This document shows, piece after piece, positions 1-13,195 of a stretch of DNA of 64,000 nucleotides. The stretch comes from Azolla caroliniana (Eukaryota > Plantae > Polypodiophyta). The stretch is from positions 4,464,001-4,528,000 of the forward strand of contig JBHGNT010000009.1 of assembly GCA_043228905.1 (NCBI GenBank). Direction: 5' to 3'. The position numbers were made by a program, and so were the translations under genes. The notes beneath the pieces were generated by a model. The model had not been told where the DNA came from and ran no database searches. It saw only the letters and a list, made by a program, of their open reading frames with translations. Each line of letters opens with the position of its first letter. Positions within the stretch are counted from its first letter, which is position 1.

Positions 1-816
1 AGAATTGTTTTTTGTCATCCTCCGAGAGAATTTGAAACCGCACCCAAGCAACCAAAGAGATAGCTGGTCTTGAGTCCATTTTTCCCCATGATAAATGCGG
101 TCTGATTCCTAAAACCAACCAGAGCTATTAGTAAACAAAGGATTCCATAACAACAGTTGCCTTAAAAATTGGGCTTCTGTCGTTGGCAGTTGAAATAGGA
201 GAGCCTCTCTAATGTCCTTCCATGCCCTCACAATACCTATAAAGAATCTCATAGAACCAACATTATGAGCCTTAATTGGAAATTCAAAGTTAAACAACCA
301 TCGAAAACTATCTTGCCATTGTCCTCCTGTAAAAGAATAAGTTGTGCGGAAGCGTATGCAAAACACAGAGTACACAGTTTGGAGGAATAAGACAATTCGG
401 TAAAACACAAAAAACGCAGAGATGGAGATGGAGAGGGAGAGAGAGAGCAGACAACAAAAAAGCTCAGATTCAAAAATAATGACACCTTGTTCTGTACATA
501 CTTCGTGCCCGGTGAGCACCTTATATACAAGCCCTGAAAATCGGGCTGACACAAGTACTGACAGTACTTGACACTCATAAATGAGCCGCCACACTCACTC
601 CCAAAATTATTCCTTTCAAGGAATATCTTTCCAACGGCCTTTCGGTTTACGCACCGATACGGCTAGGTAGTGCGTACTAACTTACGCGTCCAGTTTACGC
701 GCTGGGTTACGCTGTCGTAGTGTATTTCGTACACTATGTGAAAAAGTAAAAATAATATAACCGATTTAATTACATATAAATAAATAAAATAATATATCAA
801 GATATTTATCACGTGC

Positions 817-884
817 ATAGGGCAAGATTTGAACCTTGTACCTCCACGTAGCCAAACTTCAACTTTACCATTATGCTACCTTAT
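817..884 (-). promoter_or_regulatory. tRNA-like Pol III A-box/B-box cassette in U3 of element A (copy at 3491-3558)
   Basis: Minus strand TAGCATAATGG (878-868) and GGTTCAAATC (835-826), starts 43 nt apart. Confidence 0.65.
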
Positions 885-1438
885 CTTTAGTGTTCTATAA
901 ATAGATTTAATAACTATAAGTGCTTTATTTGCGCCTACCTTTATTAAAAGGTAAATCATGCATTTTTAGAGTGCGTGAATATTTTATAGAAAAACGCAAG
1001 CAACTAAAAAGTGACTCATGCACATCTAGCGTGCATGAGCACTATATTTAGCAAATAAAAGCAAGGATTAGAAAAGCATCACATGCACATTTAGTGTGCA
1101 TGAACATATTAGAAAAAAAGCATGTAGCTATGCTTAGTCTCTCCCATCACTATATAAGGATGGGGAGCACATTGTAGTTTTTGTTGATTATTTTTATATA
1201 ATGATCAATCAATCTAAAATATTCGTGGGATTCACGAATTTGCTAAAATAATTCTCTCTTACTACCTAAATATTGACTAAATATACTAAACTCGTGGGAT
1301 TCACGAGATTCTTATCTTATAACTCTTTATACGTATTCTTTACTAGCCTTATTTGTATTTTTCTTTCTCCTAGTCCAAAACCTCGGCGGTTCCCACCCGA
1401 CTCACGCAACGATCCGAAGCCGAAAGGCACGACACAGT

Positions 1439-1455
1439 TGGTGAACCCGACGTGA
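1439..1455 (+). promoter_or_regulatory. Primer-binding site complementary to the tRNA-Trp(CCA) 3' end
   Basis: TGGTGAACCCGACGTGA is the reverse complement of the plant cytosolic tRNA-Trp 3' end as I recall it. Same site at 22652-22668 and, with one mismatch, at 43676-43692. Confidence 0.85.
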
Positions 1456-1472
1456 AGGCGGGTGGCAAGGAG

Positions 1473-3434
1473 ATGGAGAATCAACAAGAGGCGATGAACA
1501 TGATGATGATGATGTTCGAGAGAATGCTACAAGAACAACGCAAGATGTTGGAGATCACGACAGTAGTACAACGACTCGTGCAACAGAACGGGCAATTCAA
1601 TGGAAAGGACGTGTCACGCTATCTACGTGACTACAAGGCGGAGATGATACGATGTGGGATACCAGAAGGATTGCAAGTGACATCCTTCAATCGGGTGGCC
1701 ACGGATGAGCTACAAGAGAGAATCCACAAGATACGGCAACAAAACTCGACATGGGGATCATTCGAAGAAGCTTTACGAGAGTCATATGATTACAAGAGAT
1801 CGAAGGGACAAGATCGGCGAGAATTCGACGAATGGGTGGCATCGGAGAAGACCCACCAAAGTGCAACACAAGCATTCCTAGAGTTCGAGCATCGTTTTGC
1901 TCGACTCTCGGAGCGAGAACAACGATTGGTGGGGGAGGATAAAGTCCTAATGTTCGTAAAATCGATCGATCGAAAAGAAAGGATGGACATCGGGATCGAA
2001 CTCGAAGACGATGACGGTACGAATGGTCTTACCGAAAATTGGGCTGAAGTCCAAAGGGTATGCCGGAGACATGATGAGAGGAAGATGAGAATCTTGTCAA
2101 CGACATGGCCGATGAAGGATGGTCGATTGAAGACAAACGATGGAGCCGATATGAAGGCCGAAATACAACATGATGGTGCGACGGAAGAGGGTGTAAAACA
2201 AGCTACCCTCTTGTCTTGCGAAAGAACAACGACGAAGGATAAGGCCGATAACCCAAGTGTAGAAGAAGATTTCAGAATACAAGTGTCCGAAACATCGGGT
2301 GAAAAAGGGGTAAGCATAATTGATGCAGTGAAAGAGAGCAAAGAGGACTTGATTGAGGAGATCGCCACGAAAGATGACATCGAATCAAAGGTGGCTATGG
2401 ACGAATCAACGACGGATGGCCATATCGAGACTTCCCCACCACTGATTCTAGAGACTCCGGCGGTTGCGTTCGAAAGGCAACGTGAGACCGAAGAGACGGA
2501 AGGTGGCGGAGAGAAAACAAAGGTCGAAGTCGATGCATACAACGCAGAGATAGCCGAGAATATGGCTATGGGTGAAACAATGGAGGATGATAATACCGAG
2601 GATTCCTACCCACTAATTCTAGAGACTTCGGCAGTTGTGTCCGAGAACCAACGTGAGACCGGAGAGACGGGAGGTGGCAGCAAGAAAGGTAAAGTCGGAA
2701 GCCAGTTTGGATGGAAGGTGATCCGGACGGGATTCCGACCCAAAAGAAAGCCGAACCGGGCGAATGAGGATTCGACCGAAAGACGACCCGAAAGAAAGCC
2801 GACCCGAAAAGGGGTCGACTCGGTCAAAACCGATCGACTGAGTCTGACTTGGCCGAACGCGAATATGGATGGGAGCCGACCTAGCCGAAAGCCGATCGGA
2901 CGAGACCAATCCGGAAAGAAGCTAATCCGACTCAACCGGAGGTTGGACCGGTCGAGACTGGTGAAAACGAGGAAAAGAAAGCCAACCGAAACCAAAACCG
3001 ATAGATCGAAACCGGGCCGGAAGGAGACCGACTCAATCGAAACCGAACAACCGATTCCGATTCGGCCGAATACGAATCCGATCGGAAGCCGATCAAACCG
3101 AAAGTTGATCGGACGAGAGCGATCCGGAAAAAAGTCAAGGTTGATGAAGACAAGAAAGAGGCCAGTAAAAGACACTACCACAAATGACAAGGGCCAAGAA
3201 TATGACGAGAGAGAACAAAGAATATGGTGGATCGGATGGCGACAATGGTTCGGGTGGAAAGAATGGGTCTACTCAAAATGGAGAGACAAAGTTGACATAG
3301 CGGGACAAACAGAGAATGAAGGGGAGACAACGAGCATCGGCAACTTCGGCACATACCGGAGGATGTGCGGGTTCGGAGGGGGCGAGTGTCGTAGTGTATT
3401 TCGTACACTATGTGAAAAAGTAAAAATAATATAA
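1473..3434 (+). CDS. Gag-like protein with acidic repeats, a basic region and a Trp-rich C-terminal motif
   Basis: First ATG at 1473 (track starts at GTG 1452). QFNGKDVSRYLRDYKAEM...DKVLMFVKSID aligns with gag of element C (QFDGRNVTKFLDAYKREM...DKTLYFLKAVD). Stops inside the 3' LTR. Confidence 0.8.
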   Translation: MENQQEAMNMMMMMFERMLQEQRKMLEITTVVQRLVQQNGQFNGKDVSRYLRDYKAEMIRCGIPEGLQVTSFNRVATDELQERIHKIRQQNSTWGSFEEALRESYDYKRSKGQDRREFDEWVASEKTHQSATQAFLEFEHRFARLSEREQRLVGEDKVLMFVKSIDRKERMDIGIELEDDDGTNGLTENWAEVQRVCRRHDERKMRILSTTWPMKDGRLKTNDGADMKAEIQHDGATEEGVKQATLLSCERTTTKDKADNPSVEEDFRIQVSETSGEKGVSIIDAVKESKEDLIEEIATKDDIESKVAMDESTTDGHIETSPPLILETPAVAFERQRETEETEGGGEKTKVEVDAYNAEIAENMAMGETMEDDNTEDSYPLILETSAVVSENQRETGETGGGSKKGKVGSQFGWKVIRTGFRPKRKPNRANEDSTERRPERKPTRKGVDSVKTDRLSLTWPNANMDGSRPSRKPIGRDQSGKKLIRLNRRLDRSRLVKTRKRKPTETKTDRSKPGRKETDSIETEQPIPIRPNTNPIGSRSNRKLIGRERSGKKSRLMKTRKRPVKDTTTNDKGQEYDEREQRIWWIGWRQWFGWKEWVYSKWRDKVDIAGQTENEGETTSIGNFGTYRRMCGFGGGECRSVFRTLCEKVKII

Positions 3435-6400
3435 CCGATTTAATTACATATAAATAAATAAAATAATATATCAAGATATTTATCACGTGCATAGGGCAAG
3501 ATTTGAACCTTGTACCTCCACGTAGCCAAACTTCAACTTTACCATTATGCTACCTTATCTTTAGTGTTCTATAAATAGATTTAATAACTATAAGTGCTTT
3601 ATTTGCGCCTACCTTTATTAAAAGGTAAATCATGCATTTTTAGAGTGCGTGAATATTTTATAGAAAAACGCAAGCAACTAAAAAGTGACTCATGCACATC
3701 TAGCGTGCATGAGCACTATATTTAGCAAATAAAAGCAAGGATTAGAAAAGCATCACATGCACATTTAGTGTGCATGAACATATTAGAAAAAAAGCATGTA
3801 GCTATGCTTAGTCTCTCCCATCACTATATAAGGATGGGGAGCACATTGTAGTTTTTGTTGATTATTTTTATATAATGATCAATCAATCTAAAATATTCGT
3901 GGGATTCACGAATTTGCTAAAATAATTCTCTCTTACTACCTAAATATTGACTAAATATACTAAACTCGTGGGATTCACGAGATTCTTATCTTATAACTCT
4001 TTATACGTATTCTTTACTAGCCTTATTTGTATTTTTCTTTCTCCTAGTCCAAAACCTCGGCGGTTCCCACCCGACTCACGCAACGATCCGAAGCCGAAAG
4101 GCACGACAACGCGCCATATTACGCACCCAATGTTGAGCTTGTCACTCAACACTCCCCCTCAAGCTCAACTTGAGGTTCCTCCTGCTCTTCCGGATCTACA
4201 CTCCGGTCCCTTCTGGCTTTACGCCTCGCTCGTCCTCCTCAACCTGTTTGATTCCGCGTGCTTCAACCTTTTCGGTCGACTTGTCTGCTCGTTCGGGCTT
4301 CTCAGCTCCCTTGCTGTCGCGGTGTCGATCCGTCCTTCACTGCTCTTTTCTCCGCATGGCCTTCAATTGATTCGGAGTATCCAAATCGAACATTCCGATT
4401 GAATCTAACGCTTCCGATTCAATTCCGCTCTCATCCGAATTGGTTGTCTCTAATTCGTCTTCTATCTTTAGGCCTTTGACCACATCAAACCACGTCTTGG
4501 TCTTGGCCTTTACGCCCTTCTTGGTTGTATCTCCCCCTGATTTGGTTGTCCTCGGCTCTTCCCTACGATTGCGGCCCTTGCTTTCTTCTCCGGCTTCTTC
4601 AACCGGTCCGAAATCGAATCCTTCATCCGATTCGTCATCACGGTCACTTCCGCCGTGATGAACACCTCCGCTCCTTTCATGCTCTTGCTCCTGTTCGTCT
4701 TCCTTTCTCCCCCTCAAGTTTGACGTGTCGAGGTAACACAACCCAAGCTCACCCGAGAAATGTCGTAACTTGTAGAGACCAAGAGGCTTGGTGAAGATGT
4801 CGGCAACCTGCCGATCAGTCGAAACATGCACTAGTTCGACTTCACCTGAAAGGACCCGCTCGCGGACAAAATGGTAATGCACCTCAATGTGCTTGGTCTG
4901 GGCATGGAAAACGGGGTTCTTCGCAAGGTGGATACTATTGAGGTTGTCACAAAGGATCGTCGTCGGATCAGACACCTCTACCTGCAGATCCCGTAATAGC
5001 CGTTTCAGCCAAATGACTTCGCACGTAGCAACAGTCGCCCCTCGATATTCGGCCTCCGTGCTCGACAGTGCTACTGTCGGCTGCTTTTTGCTGCTCCACG
5101 CGATCGCCACACTTCCTAATGAGAATACGTATCCAGATGTGGATCGACGATCGTGGGCATTTCCGGCCCAATCAACATTCGTGTAGCCGACTAAATGTTC
5201 AGCTACGCCTGCTCAATATAGCAACGCCATGTCCTTCGTGCCGCATACATATCGCAATATCCGTTGCGCGCACTGGAAGTGTTCGGCCATAAGCTGCGAC
5301 ATGAATTGACTGATCATGCCAACCGGGTAACTGATGTCCGACTGAGTAATAGTCAAATAGATGAGGCTTCTGACAATCTGTCGGAACCGTGTCAGGTTGC
5401 ATGCCTTTCCCGAATCTTGACGAAGCTTTACTTTTCTATCCAGAGGGGTCGAGATGGGCTTACAGTTTGCCATCCCGAACTTGAAGAGCATATTCAGCGC
5501 GTAATGACGTTGGCTGATCAATATGCCTTCGAGGGTACGGATCACTTCGATCTCGAGGAAGTAATGAAGGTCTCCGAGATCCTTCATTTCAAACGATGCC
5601 ACAAACTGAGACTTCACGTGACAGATTTCGTCAAGGTTGGCACCGGCGATGACTAAATCATCCACGTACAAGAGCAGGCTGACCGGTCCATATTGACCTT
5701 GCCGAACAAATAGAGAAGAGTCTGATTTCGACGGCACAAACCCCATCCTACGCAACTGTTGCGTAATCTTTGCGTTCCAAGTGCGCGGGGCTTGCTTTAG
5801 TCCATATAAGGATTTCTTCAATCGGCAAACTGCCGAGGTGTTTTGTTCGGATAGAAATCCGGGGGGCTGTACCATGTATACCTACTCCTCAAGATCACCT
5901 TGCCGGAACGCGTTCTTTACATCCATTTCATGTAAGTGCCACCCCTTTGCCGTTGCTATGGCTAGTAGGACTCGCACGGTAGTCATCTTCGTGACAAGCG
6001 CGAAGGTCTCGTCATAGTCCACGTCATGCTTTTGCGCGTAGCCTTTCACTACCAACCTGGCCTTGTATCAGTTGACTGAGCCATCGGTGTTGTATTTCAC
6101 CTTATACACTCATCTGCATCCGATTGGCTTTACACCCTTTGGTGCGTCAACTAGGTCCTAGGTTTCATTCTTCGATAATGCGCGCATCTCTTCCTCCATT
6201 GCGGCACGCCAGTTCGCATCTTTTGCCGCATCTGCGTAGCTCTCCAGCTCACGCACTTCCGCCACTCGCGTCATGTACGCGTAATGGTGCGCCATGTACT
6301 CATTATACCCATATCTCTTTACGGGGTTCTTGAGGCGAGTAGCGTAATTCGTAATTACCCGATTTCACGAGCTTTTCGGCTACTGTCGACCTCTTCAGGG

Positions 6401-8868
6401 GATGTTCCTTTTTAGTTTGCCCGTAGTCAAACTCACTCCGATCTGACTCGGTGCTGCCGAAGTCATAATCCGACATTTTCTTCTTGCCTTTTTCCTTGCG
6501 CGTAAGCCGTCTCCTCGGCTTCCTGCGCGGGGAGTGCACGCCGAGTCTCCACTACTTGCCGTCTCATCATCTAGTTGGCCATCACGGCTCAACCCCTCAT
6601 TCGGCCCGCTTAGCTGAAATGAGATCAGACTCTCTCATAGCTCCAACGTCCTCATCATGCGGAGGCATTACAGACTCGCTGATTTCTTCTTCAGAAATCA
6701 GAATGGAGTCATGAGGTTCTGAGGGAGAAGGCAGGTACCACGAAGCGGACTCGTCGAACACAACGTCGTGGCTTACGCGTACTTCCTTTGTTCGAGGGTC
6801 ATAACACTTATACCCATTTTGCTCATTTGAATAGCCGACCAAGATACATTTCTCAGCTTTAGCATCTAGTTTCCTCCTTTTCTCCTTCAGCATGTGCACA
6901 TACGCGATGTTGCCGAAAATCCTCAAGTGTGCCAAGTTCGGCTTCTTCCCGAAATACAACTCATGTGGTGACACTCCTCCATTAGTAGAAGTCCGATTCT
7001 GCAGGTAGACAGCCGTCTTCACGGCTTCAGCCCAATAGAATTTTGGCATATGCTTCTCTTCAAGCATTGCCCTGGCCACTTCTTCGATTGTTCGATTCTT
7101 CCGCTCGGCTACGTCGTTCTGCTCCGGCGTATATCTACACGAGAATTCATGTTGAATTCCCTCCTTCTGTAGATAACTTGTGAACTAGTCGGAGAAGTAC
7201 TCCTTCCCGCCATCGGACCGTAGGCATTTGATCTTACACCCCATTTCCCTTTCCGCAAGGCTCTTCACCTTCAGGAAACATGCGAAGACTTCGCTCTTCT
7301 TCGCAATTGTGCATACCCACGTGTGCCGAGTGAAGTCATCGATGAAGGTTACAAAGTAACGGCTTCCACCGTGACTCACGTTCTGTGCCGGACCCAACAC
7401 ATCTGAATGGATCAAATCCAGCGGACTTCGTCTACGATTACGCTCATTGGGGAATGGAAGTCGGTGTTGTTTTCCCATCTGACAGGCTTCGCAGACTTGG
7501 CCACTTCGGCCACGAAATTTCGGCAACCCGAAAACAATGTTCTTCATGTGCATTTCACGAAGCCGTGGGAAATTTACGTGGCCGAACCGCTTGTGCTAGA
7601 GGTCAATATCCAATTCGACCTTTTGTCCTTTCGTGTACAACGCGGTTCCGAATTCATTAGTGTCGAGGATAAACATCCTCCCTTCGCGGCGTCCTTGCGC
7701 GATTACTTCGCCTTCCTCTTCTATGAAGCAACCGAGATGCGTGAATCGAACTTGCATTCCTTGGTCGACGATATGATCGACCGACACTAGGTTCTTCGTT
7801 ATTGTGGGGACGTGCAACACGTTCATGAGTTTCCCTTTCTGGCCTACGTGGCTGAGAGGAACTTTGCTGACATGTTCGATGGTATGCAGAGTGTCGTTTC
7901 CCGTTTTGACCACTCCTTGTGATTCCGGTTTCTCCAAGTACGAGAACCATTCCTCGTGACTCATCATATGATTTGACGCTCCGGAATCAACATACCATAC
8001 CTCCCTTTATTTCGAGGTGTTCACGTCCATAGAATTGGCCTTATGCTTCATTACGAAGGTTGGGCCCAATTTGTTTTCAGCTCGATCCGGCTTTGTCCGA
8101 ATCGGCTTGCTTTTTCCAGCACTCGCTCTCCTTGTGGCCTTTCTTGCCACAGTACCAACAATCCGGCACGGTCTTCTCTTGTCGTCTTTTGGCGCCGCCA
8201 TGACTCCCCCTGCTTGCGGAGGGCATCTCGATTATGCCGTACATTCTGCTCTTTTCAGCTGCCTCCATTGCGCGTCGATCCGCGTTGTCCACCATGACCA
8301 CGGGGCTTATTATCCTCCGTGTAAAGCATCTTGCCATCGGCGTGCGCACTCGTCGACGCACCTGCGTGGTTTTCTTCTACAAGCAACATTGAATGAAGCT
8401 CAAAAAACGAAGGCATAATCTCCCTCGTGCAGACTGCCATTCAGAAAGGTCCGAACTTTGACGCCAAGCCACCAAGACAAACCTACACCATTTCATCTTC
8501 CTCGACGTTCACGTTGACGGAGGCGAGAGAGTCGTAGATTTCTTTGATCTTGGTGGCATAATCAGCCACCGACATATCTCTTTGTCGTACATTGTTGAGC
8601 TCCTGTCTGAGCTGTAGCTTTCTTGTCGTTGTACTGGCGGCAAAAATCCTTTTGAGATTCGCCCATGCGTCCTTCAGCGTCTTGGTATCCCGAATATAGC
8701 TCAAAAGCTGACCGCTCACACAGGACACGAAGCAGTACAACACTCTGCTTGCCGCTTGTTCCCAAGCCGGATAGTCCTTGTGTGTCGAGTCAGGTGCCAC
8801 ATCGTTTGCTCCTTCCACATAACTCCAGTAGCCATGGCCGAGCAGGTACTGGTGCATCTTGTAAGAGA

Positions 8869-9675
8869 TGTCATGAAGACATACATCTTGGCTTATCATG
8901 ACATTCATCTTGGCGAACCAGGAATCGAACCCATAACCTCTTGGTTTACATATTGTACTTTAACCATTGTAATAACATATGTGAGATGTAATCATAATAA
9001 TTATATGTTTAGTTATTACGAGATATTTAGAACATTCTAGATTATTCTAGAATGTTCTTGAATATTTCATGATTATATTTATTATTATTATTATTCATAA
9101 ATATCTAAAATATTCTAGAACATTCTAGAATACTCCATAAGGGCCTATAAATAAGAGTCCATACACTCATCACAACTCATAATCGAACCCATAACCTCTT
9201 GGTTTACATATTGTACTTTAACCATTGTAATAACATATGTGAGATGTAATCATAATAATTATATGTTTAGTTATTACGAGATATTTAGAACATTCTAGAT
9301 TATTCTAGAATGTTCTTGAATATTTCATGATTATATTTATTATTATTATTATTCATAAATATCTAAAATATTCTAGAACATTCTAGAATACTCCATAAGG
9401 GCCTATAAATAAGAGTCCATACACTCATCACAACTCATTCGGTTCAACACCAGTCTTTAGCCCTTAGCCTACTCCTTGTAATCTTCTTTCTCATAATATA
9501 ATCTCATTCCCATTTCTTATCTCTCACTTATACTTTTCTCTCTTTCGCACTCTCTCCCTTTTTCACTCTCTTTTGCTATCACTATCGCTATCTCTACCGC
9601 TCTCGCCATCTCTATCGTTATCGTTATCTCTATCGCCATCGCTCTCTCTCTGCTTCCTACTCAAGAGTCACGACA
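8869..9675 (+). mobile_element. Solo LTR inserted in E1 gag
   Basis: TGTCA...CGACA termini, 5-bp TSD AGAGA, TATAAA box, antisense tRNA-like cassette 8911-8976. Confidence 0.8.
8923..9438. repeat. Tandem duplication, 2 x 258 bp, inside the solo LTR
   Basis: Unit starting AATCGAACCCATAACC at 8923 and 9181; copies look identical. Confidence 0.9.
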
Positions 9676-10275
9676 AGAGACCAATATGCGTAGTTGCTTC
9701 TGTCAAGCTTTTCCATCGGAAGTGAGCTTCCCATTCCTCTGTCCATAGTACAGTCTTTTTCTTCTCCGAAGGCGAACAACTTCAACTCTGTTTCGTCACA
9801 AACTTTTCTTGTCGGCTGCAGAGGACTTCAACCCTCGCATTGTAATACCATGTAAAAGAATACGTTGTGCGGAAGTGTATACGAAACACAGAGTACACAA
9901 TTCGGAGGAATAAGACAGTTCGGTAAAACACAGAAAACGCAGAGATGGAGATGGAGAGGGAGAGAGAGAGCAGACAACAAAAAAGCTCAGATTCAAAAAT
10001 AATGACACCTTGTTCTGTACATACTTCGTGCTCGGTGAGCACCTTATGTACAAGCCTTGAAAATCGGGCTGACACAAGTACTGACAGTACTTGACACTCA
10101 TAAATGAGCCGCTACACTCACTCCCAAAATTATTCCTTTCAAGGAATATCGAATGGCCTTTTAGTTTACGCACCGATATGACCAGGTAGTGCGTACTAAC
10201 TTATGCGTCCAGTTTACGCATTGGGTTACGCGCCATATTATGCACCCAATGTTGAGCTTGTCACTCAACACCTCC

Positions 10276-11129
10276 TATTGTAGGTTTAATATTACGAAGA
10301 GATAACAACCATAACTTTTTCCACAACTCATTCCCAAGCATAAATCCTCTCGCAACATGCTTTGCAAGACGGGCCTTACTTTGGAGCAAAGCATCTATTA
10401 AGCCAAGTCCACCTACACGTATTGGTCGTATTAAAACTGACCAAGCAAGGCTCCTGAAGCATCACAAAAATCAGATAACACTTCGAAGATTCAACAAGTT
10501 CCCCTCATCAGCCGAAACATATAAAGCGGTGTCATCAGCAAATTCTGAATCAATGGCGGAGGCTGCATATCCTTGTATAGGTAAAGCTATACCACGAATG
10601 TCAACATTCCTACTCCTAAGAAAATAAAAAAAGGCTTTAGAAACTAAAATAAACAAAAAGGGAGCAAGTGGACACCCTTGTCTTACTGATCGTGAAAGTG
10701 AAAGTCTACCACCAACATCACCTGCAAACAAAAGAGAACTATGAGCGGTCCTATACAATGCTACCACCGCCCTAATCCATTGCATTGGAAAGCCCATACA
10801 CAATAATGTCCTTTCCATAAAATCCCAATCCACTCTATCATAAGCCTTCTCAAAATCTAAAAACAGAATAGCTAAATCTTGTTGTTGCTGCTATGCGGTA
10901 ACCACCATTTCCCAAAACAAAAAAATGTTATAAAAAATACTTCTTTCTTGAACAAAACCTGTCTGCGAATCATGAATTAGTTGAGGTAAAAACGGTTGTA
11001 ATCTCCTTGCTATTGTTTTAGCTAAAATCTTATACACAACATTAAGTAATGTTATAGGCCTCCATTTTCGAATATCATGCAAAGGGCGATGCATCCCCCT
11101 TTGGAATCAAATATATTAGGCCACATTAG
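10276..11129 (-). pseudogene. LINE ORF2 reverse transcriptase fragments
   Basis: WRPITLLNVVYKILAK, QTGFV, SVRQGCPLAPFLF, FADD; broken by stops and frameshifts. Confidence 0.9.
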
Positions 11130-12020
11130 TTAAGACAACATCCTTATCATAAAGATGTCGAGACCAAATAATTTGAACAGAATATTTACAATCTTCTCTA
11201 AAAAAACATAGTTAGGAATTCTAAATCTATGAGTCCTTTTTACCGATGTTAAAAAGAAATTGAGTTTTAGAGGACAGTGATCAGAGAAAGAAAAACCAGG
11301 CATAATTCTTAATTGATCACTTCTACCCCACATAAAAACATCCCCATAAAACCTATCCAAACGAGAAAGGTTGACCCCTACCAAGCGTCTATCAGATCTT
11401 GAAAAAGATAAGGATTTCGGTAATCTATTAAAGGAAGGAACTGACCAAAGGTCAACCAAACGAAGTGACATACATAATATTTCCCACGCCCTATGTTTTG
11501 ATCCAGAGGTAGTGTGTAAACTACCACCTTGCCTATCTTGCACATCCTCTATCCTATTAAAGTCGCCAACTAATGCCCAATGATCAATCTGTTGTGGTAT
11601 TTCTGATAAAATTCTACTCCAAAAATGAGTCCTTACCGCCTCCGAATTTGGGGCATAAAGATTAAGGAAACCCCACTTAATCTCTCCTATTTGAAAAACA
11701 ATATATTGTGCTCTTTTATTAGATAGCGATCCTGACATAATTACATGTGAGGCCCAAATATGTGAAACTGCAATACATAAACCCCCTTGAATATCGTTTG
11801 GACCAAAGGTTGGCAACCAGAAGTGTTGCCACCTCCTAGGGAGAAGATTTACATATATTAAGAGATGTTGTTCCCCTAAATGATGTTCCTGAATCATGAG
11901 CACATCTATTGTGCCCACGTAAGGTTTTCTCAATTCCTGTCTAAAAGCCCCTCTCATTCGTCGAAACCAATTACCTCCTAATCCTTGTACATTCCATGAG
12001 ATTATATTTAGAACATCCAT
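11130..12020 (-). pseudogene. LINE ORF2 N-terminal AP endonuclease domain (disrupted)
   Basis: Motifs SWNVQGL, IQEHH, NLYAPN, GDFN, SRLDRFY, SDHCPL. The EN-RT linker is largely deleted. Confidence 0.9.
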
Positions 12021-12432
12021 AAATAGACTAGGAATTATGAAACTATCCTTTTCTCTGCTAAAACAAGACCTCTACGTTTTCCTTCCTCAGCAACACGTAA
12101 TTTTCGTCTTGTTGTCATCATATCTTTACATGAATATTTGTGTGAACGGATAAGGATCGGCTTTTCCAATGTAGGATTATCCCCGGTACCCAAGGATAAT
12201 GCCAAAAAAGAGAAATCATTAATACTCTAAGGACTTTTCTTTTCCAAAATCGAGAAAGAGTTCGATTTTGATGTATCATCCTCATAGGTTGTCACAATTC
12301 ATGTCAACACCTGAACAGTCAATCTTTTGCCCATTGTCCTGAGACATCGGATGGGACAAGGAATGAATGATATGTTTTCCTTTATCTCCCAATTGATTAC
12401 CTTTGACTTGCCCCATAGAAAAAGCCTCTAAC

Positions 12433-13008
12433 TTATCCTCGTATACGCTCATCATCTTGTGAACTATCATTTTTAATAGTTATTATTGTGCCTAGAAGAG
12501 AGCCAATTTGAGTTAACACTTGACGCCATTCTTTCTTCAATCCTAGGAAAATGGTAGTAAAAATAATATGGGCCTCTTTGTTCTTTAGAATATCTTCAGC
12601 AATCACATTATGATTCCACTTATAAAAAGATATCCACGCACCTTCCAACGATGTATGCTTGATCTCCAACAATGGGCCAATGGACGAATGATCGGAAAAC
12701 TCCAAATGATAACATCGTTTGCCCATAAATTGTATGTCTACCACATTATTTACTTCTTCCGGAAAAATCGCATACAACATATGACGTAATTCAAGCCTAT
12801 TCGGCCTTAATCCTTCCATATGTGCCGCCAACGAGACAGCCTCCAACCGTTGTACTTCTGTCAACACTAGGGTTTTTGCATTGTCTGACAAGGAGAGTGA
12901 GACGACCTTACCTGAAATATGAGGAGAGATGATAGGTAGGTCGAGGGAAGATACATCGGAACTCCCTCTGTGCGTTGACTCAGGTGCCGCTCGATGCTCA
13001 GCCATCAA
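12433..13008 (-). pseudogene. LINE ORF1-like fragment
   Basis: Lies upstream of the endonuclease on the same strand. RRM-like segment VVDIQFMGKRCYHLEF...ISFYKW resembles plant L1 ORF1. Confidence 0.6.
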
Positions 13009-13195
13009 TTGTATCTATGCTCACAATTCAGCCCTTTTGCATTGTCTGACAAGGAGAGTGAGATGACCTTACCTGAAATATGAGGAGAGATGATAGGTAG
13101 GTCGAGGGAAGATACATCGGAACTCCCTCTGTGTGTTGACTCAGGTGCCGCTCGACGCTCAGCCATCGATCGTATCTATGCTCACAATTCAGCCC
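12874..13195. repeat. Tandem duplication, 2 x 161 bp, at the LINE-A ORF1 5' end
   Basis: TTTTGCATTGTCTGAC at 12874 and 13035, with TTTGC microhomology at the junctions. Confidence 0.85.

Larger units (their letters stand above)
713..4108 (+). mobile_element. Gag-only non-autonomous Gypsy-family LTR element A (TR-GAG-like)
   Basis: 722-bp LTRs 713-1434 and 3387-4108 (TGTCG...CGACA, no mismatch seen). TSD ACGC. tRNA-Trp PBS 1439-1455. One gag-like ORF, no pol. Confidence 0.93.
4337..9750 (-). pseudogene. E1 Copia gag-pol, fragmented
   Basis: CWYCGKKGHKESEC knuckle, CEACQMGK...HSDV integrase, LYGLKQAPR and [17 protein letters not shown] and VADIFTKPL RNase H; many stops and frameshifts. Confidence 0.93.
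328..10270 (-). mobile_element. Ty1/Copia LTR retrotransposon E1 (old, degenerate)
   Basis: 5' LTR 9851-10270; 3' LTR 328-4151, split by element A. TSD CCTCC (323-327, 10271-10275). Decayed iMet PBS at about 9833-9850; PPT 4152-4163. Domain order gag-PR-INT-RT-RH. Confidence 0.95.

Noticed and set aside
1790-3190. Long antisense ORFs opposite gag and pol genes (also 25582-26232, 44788-45543, 48148-48783 and others)
   Set aside because: Shadow ORFs produced by codon bias of the sense ORFs; no recognisable motifs.
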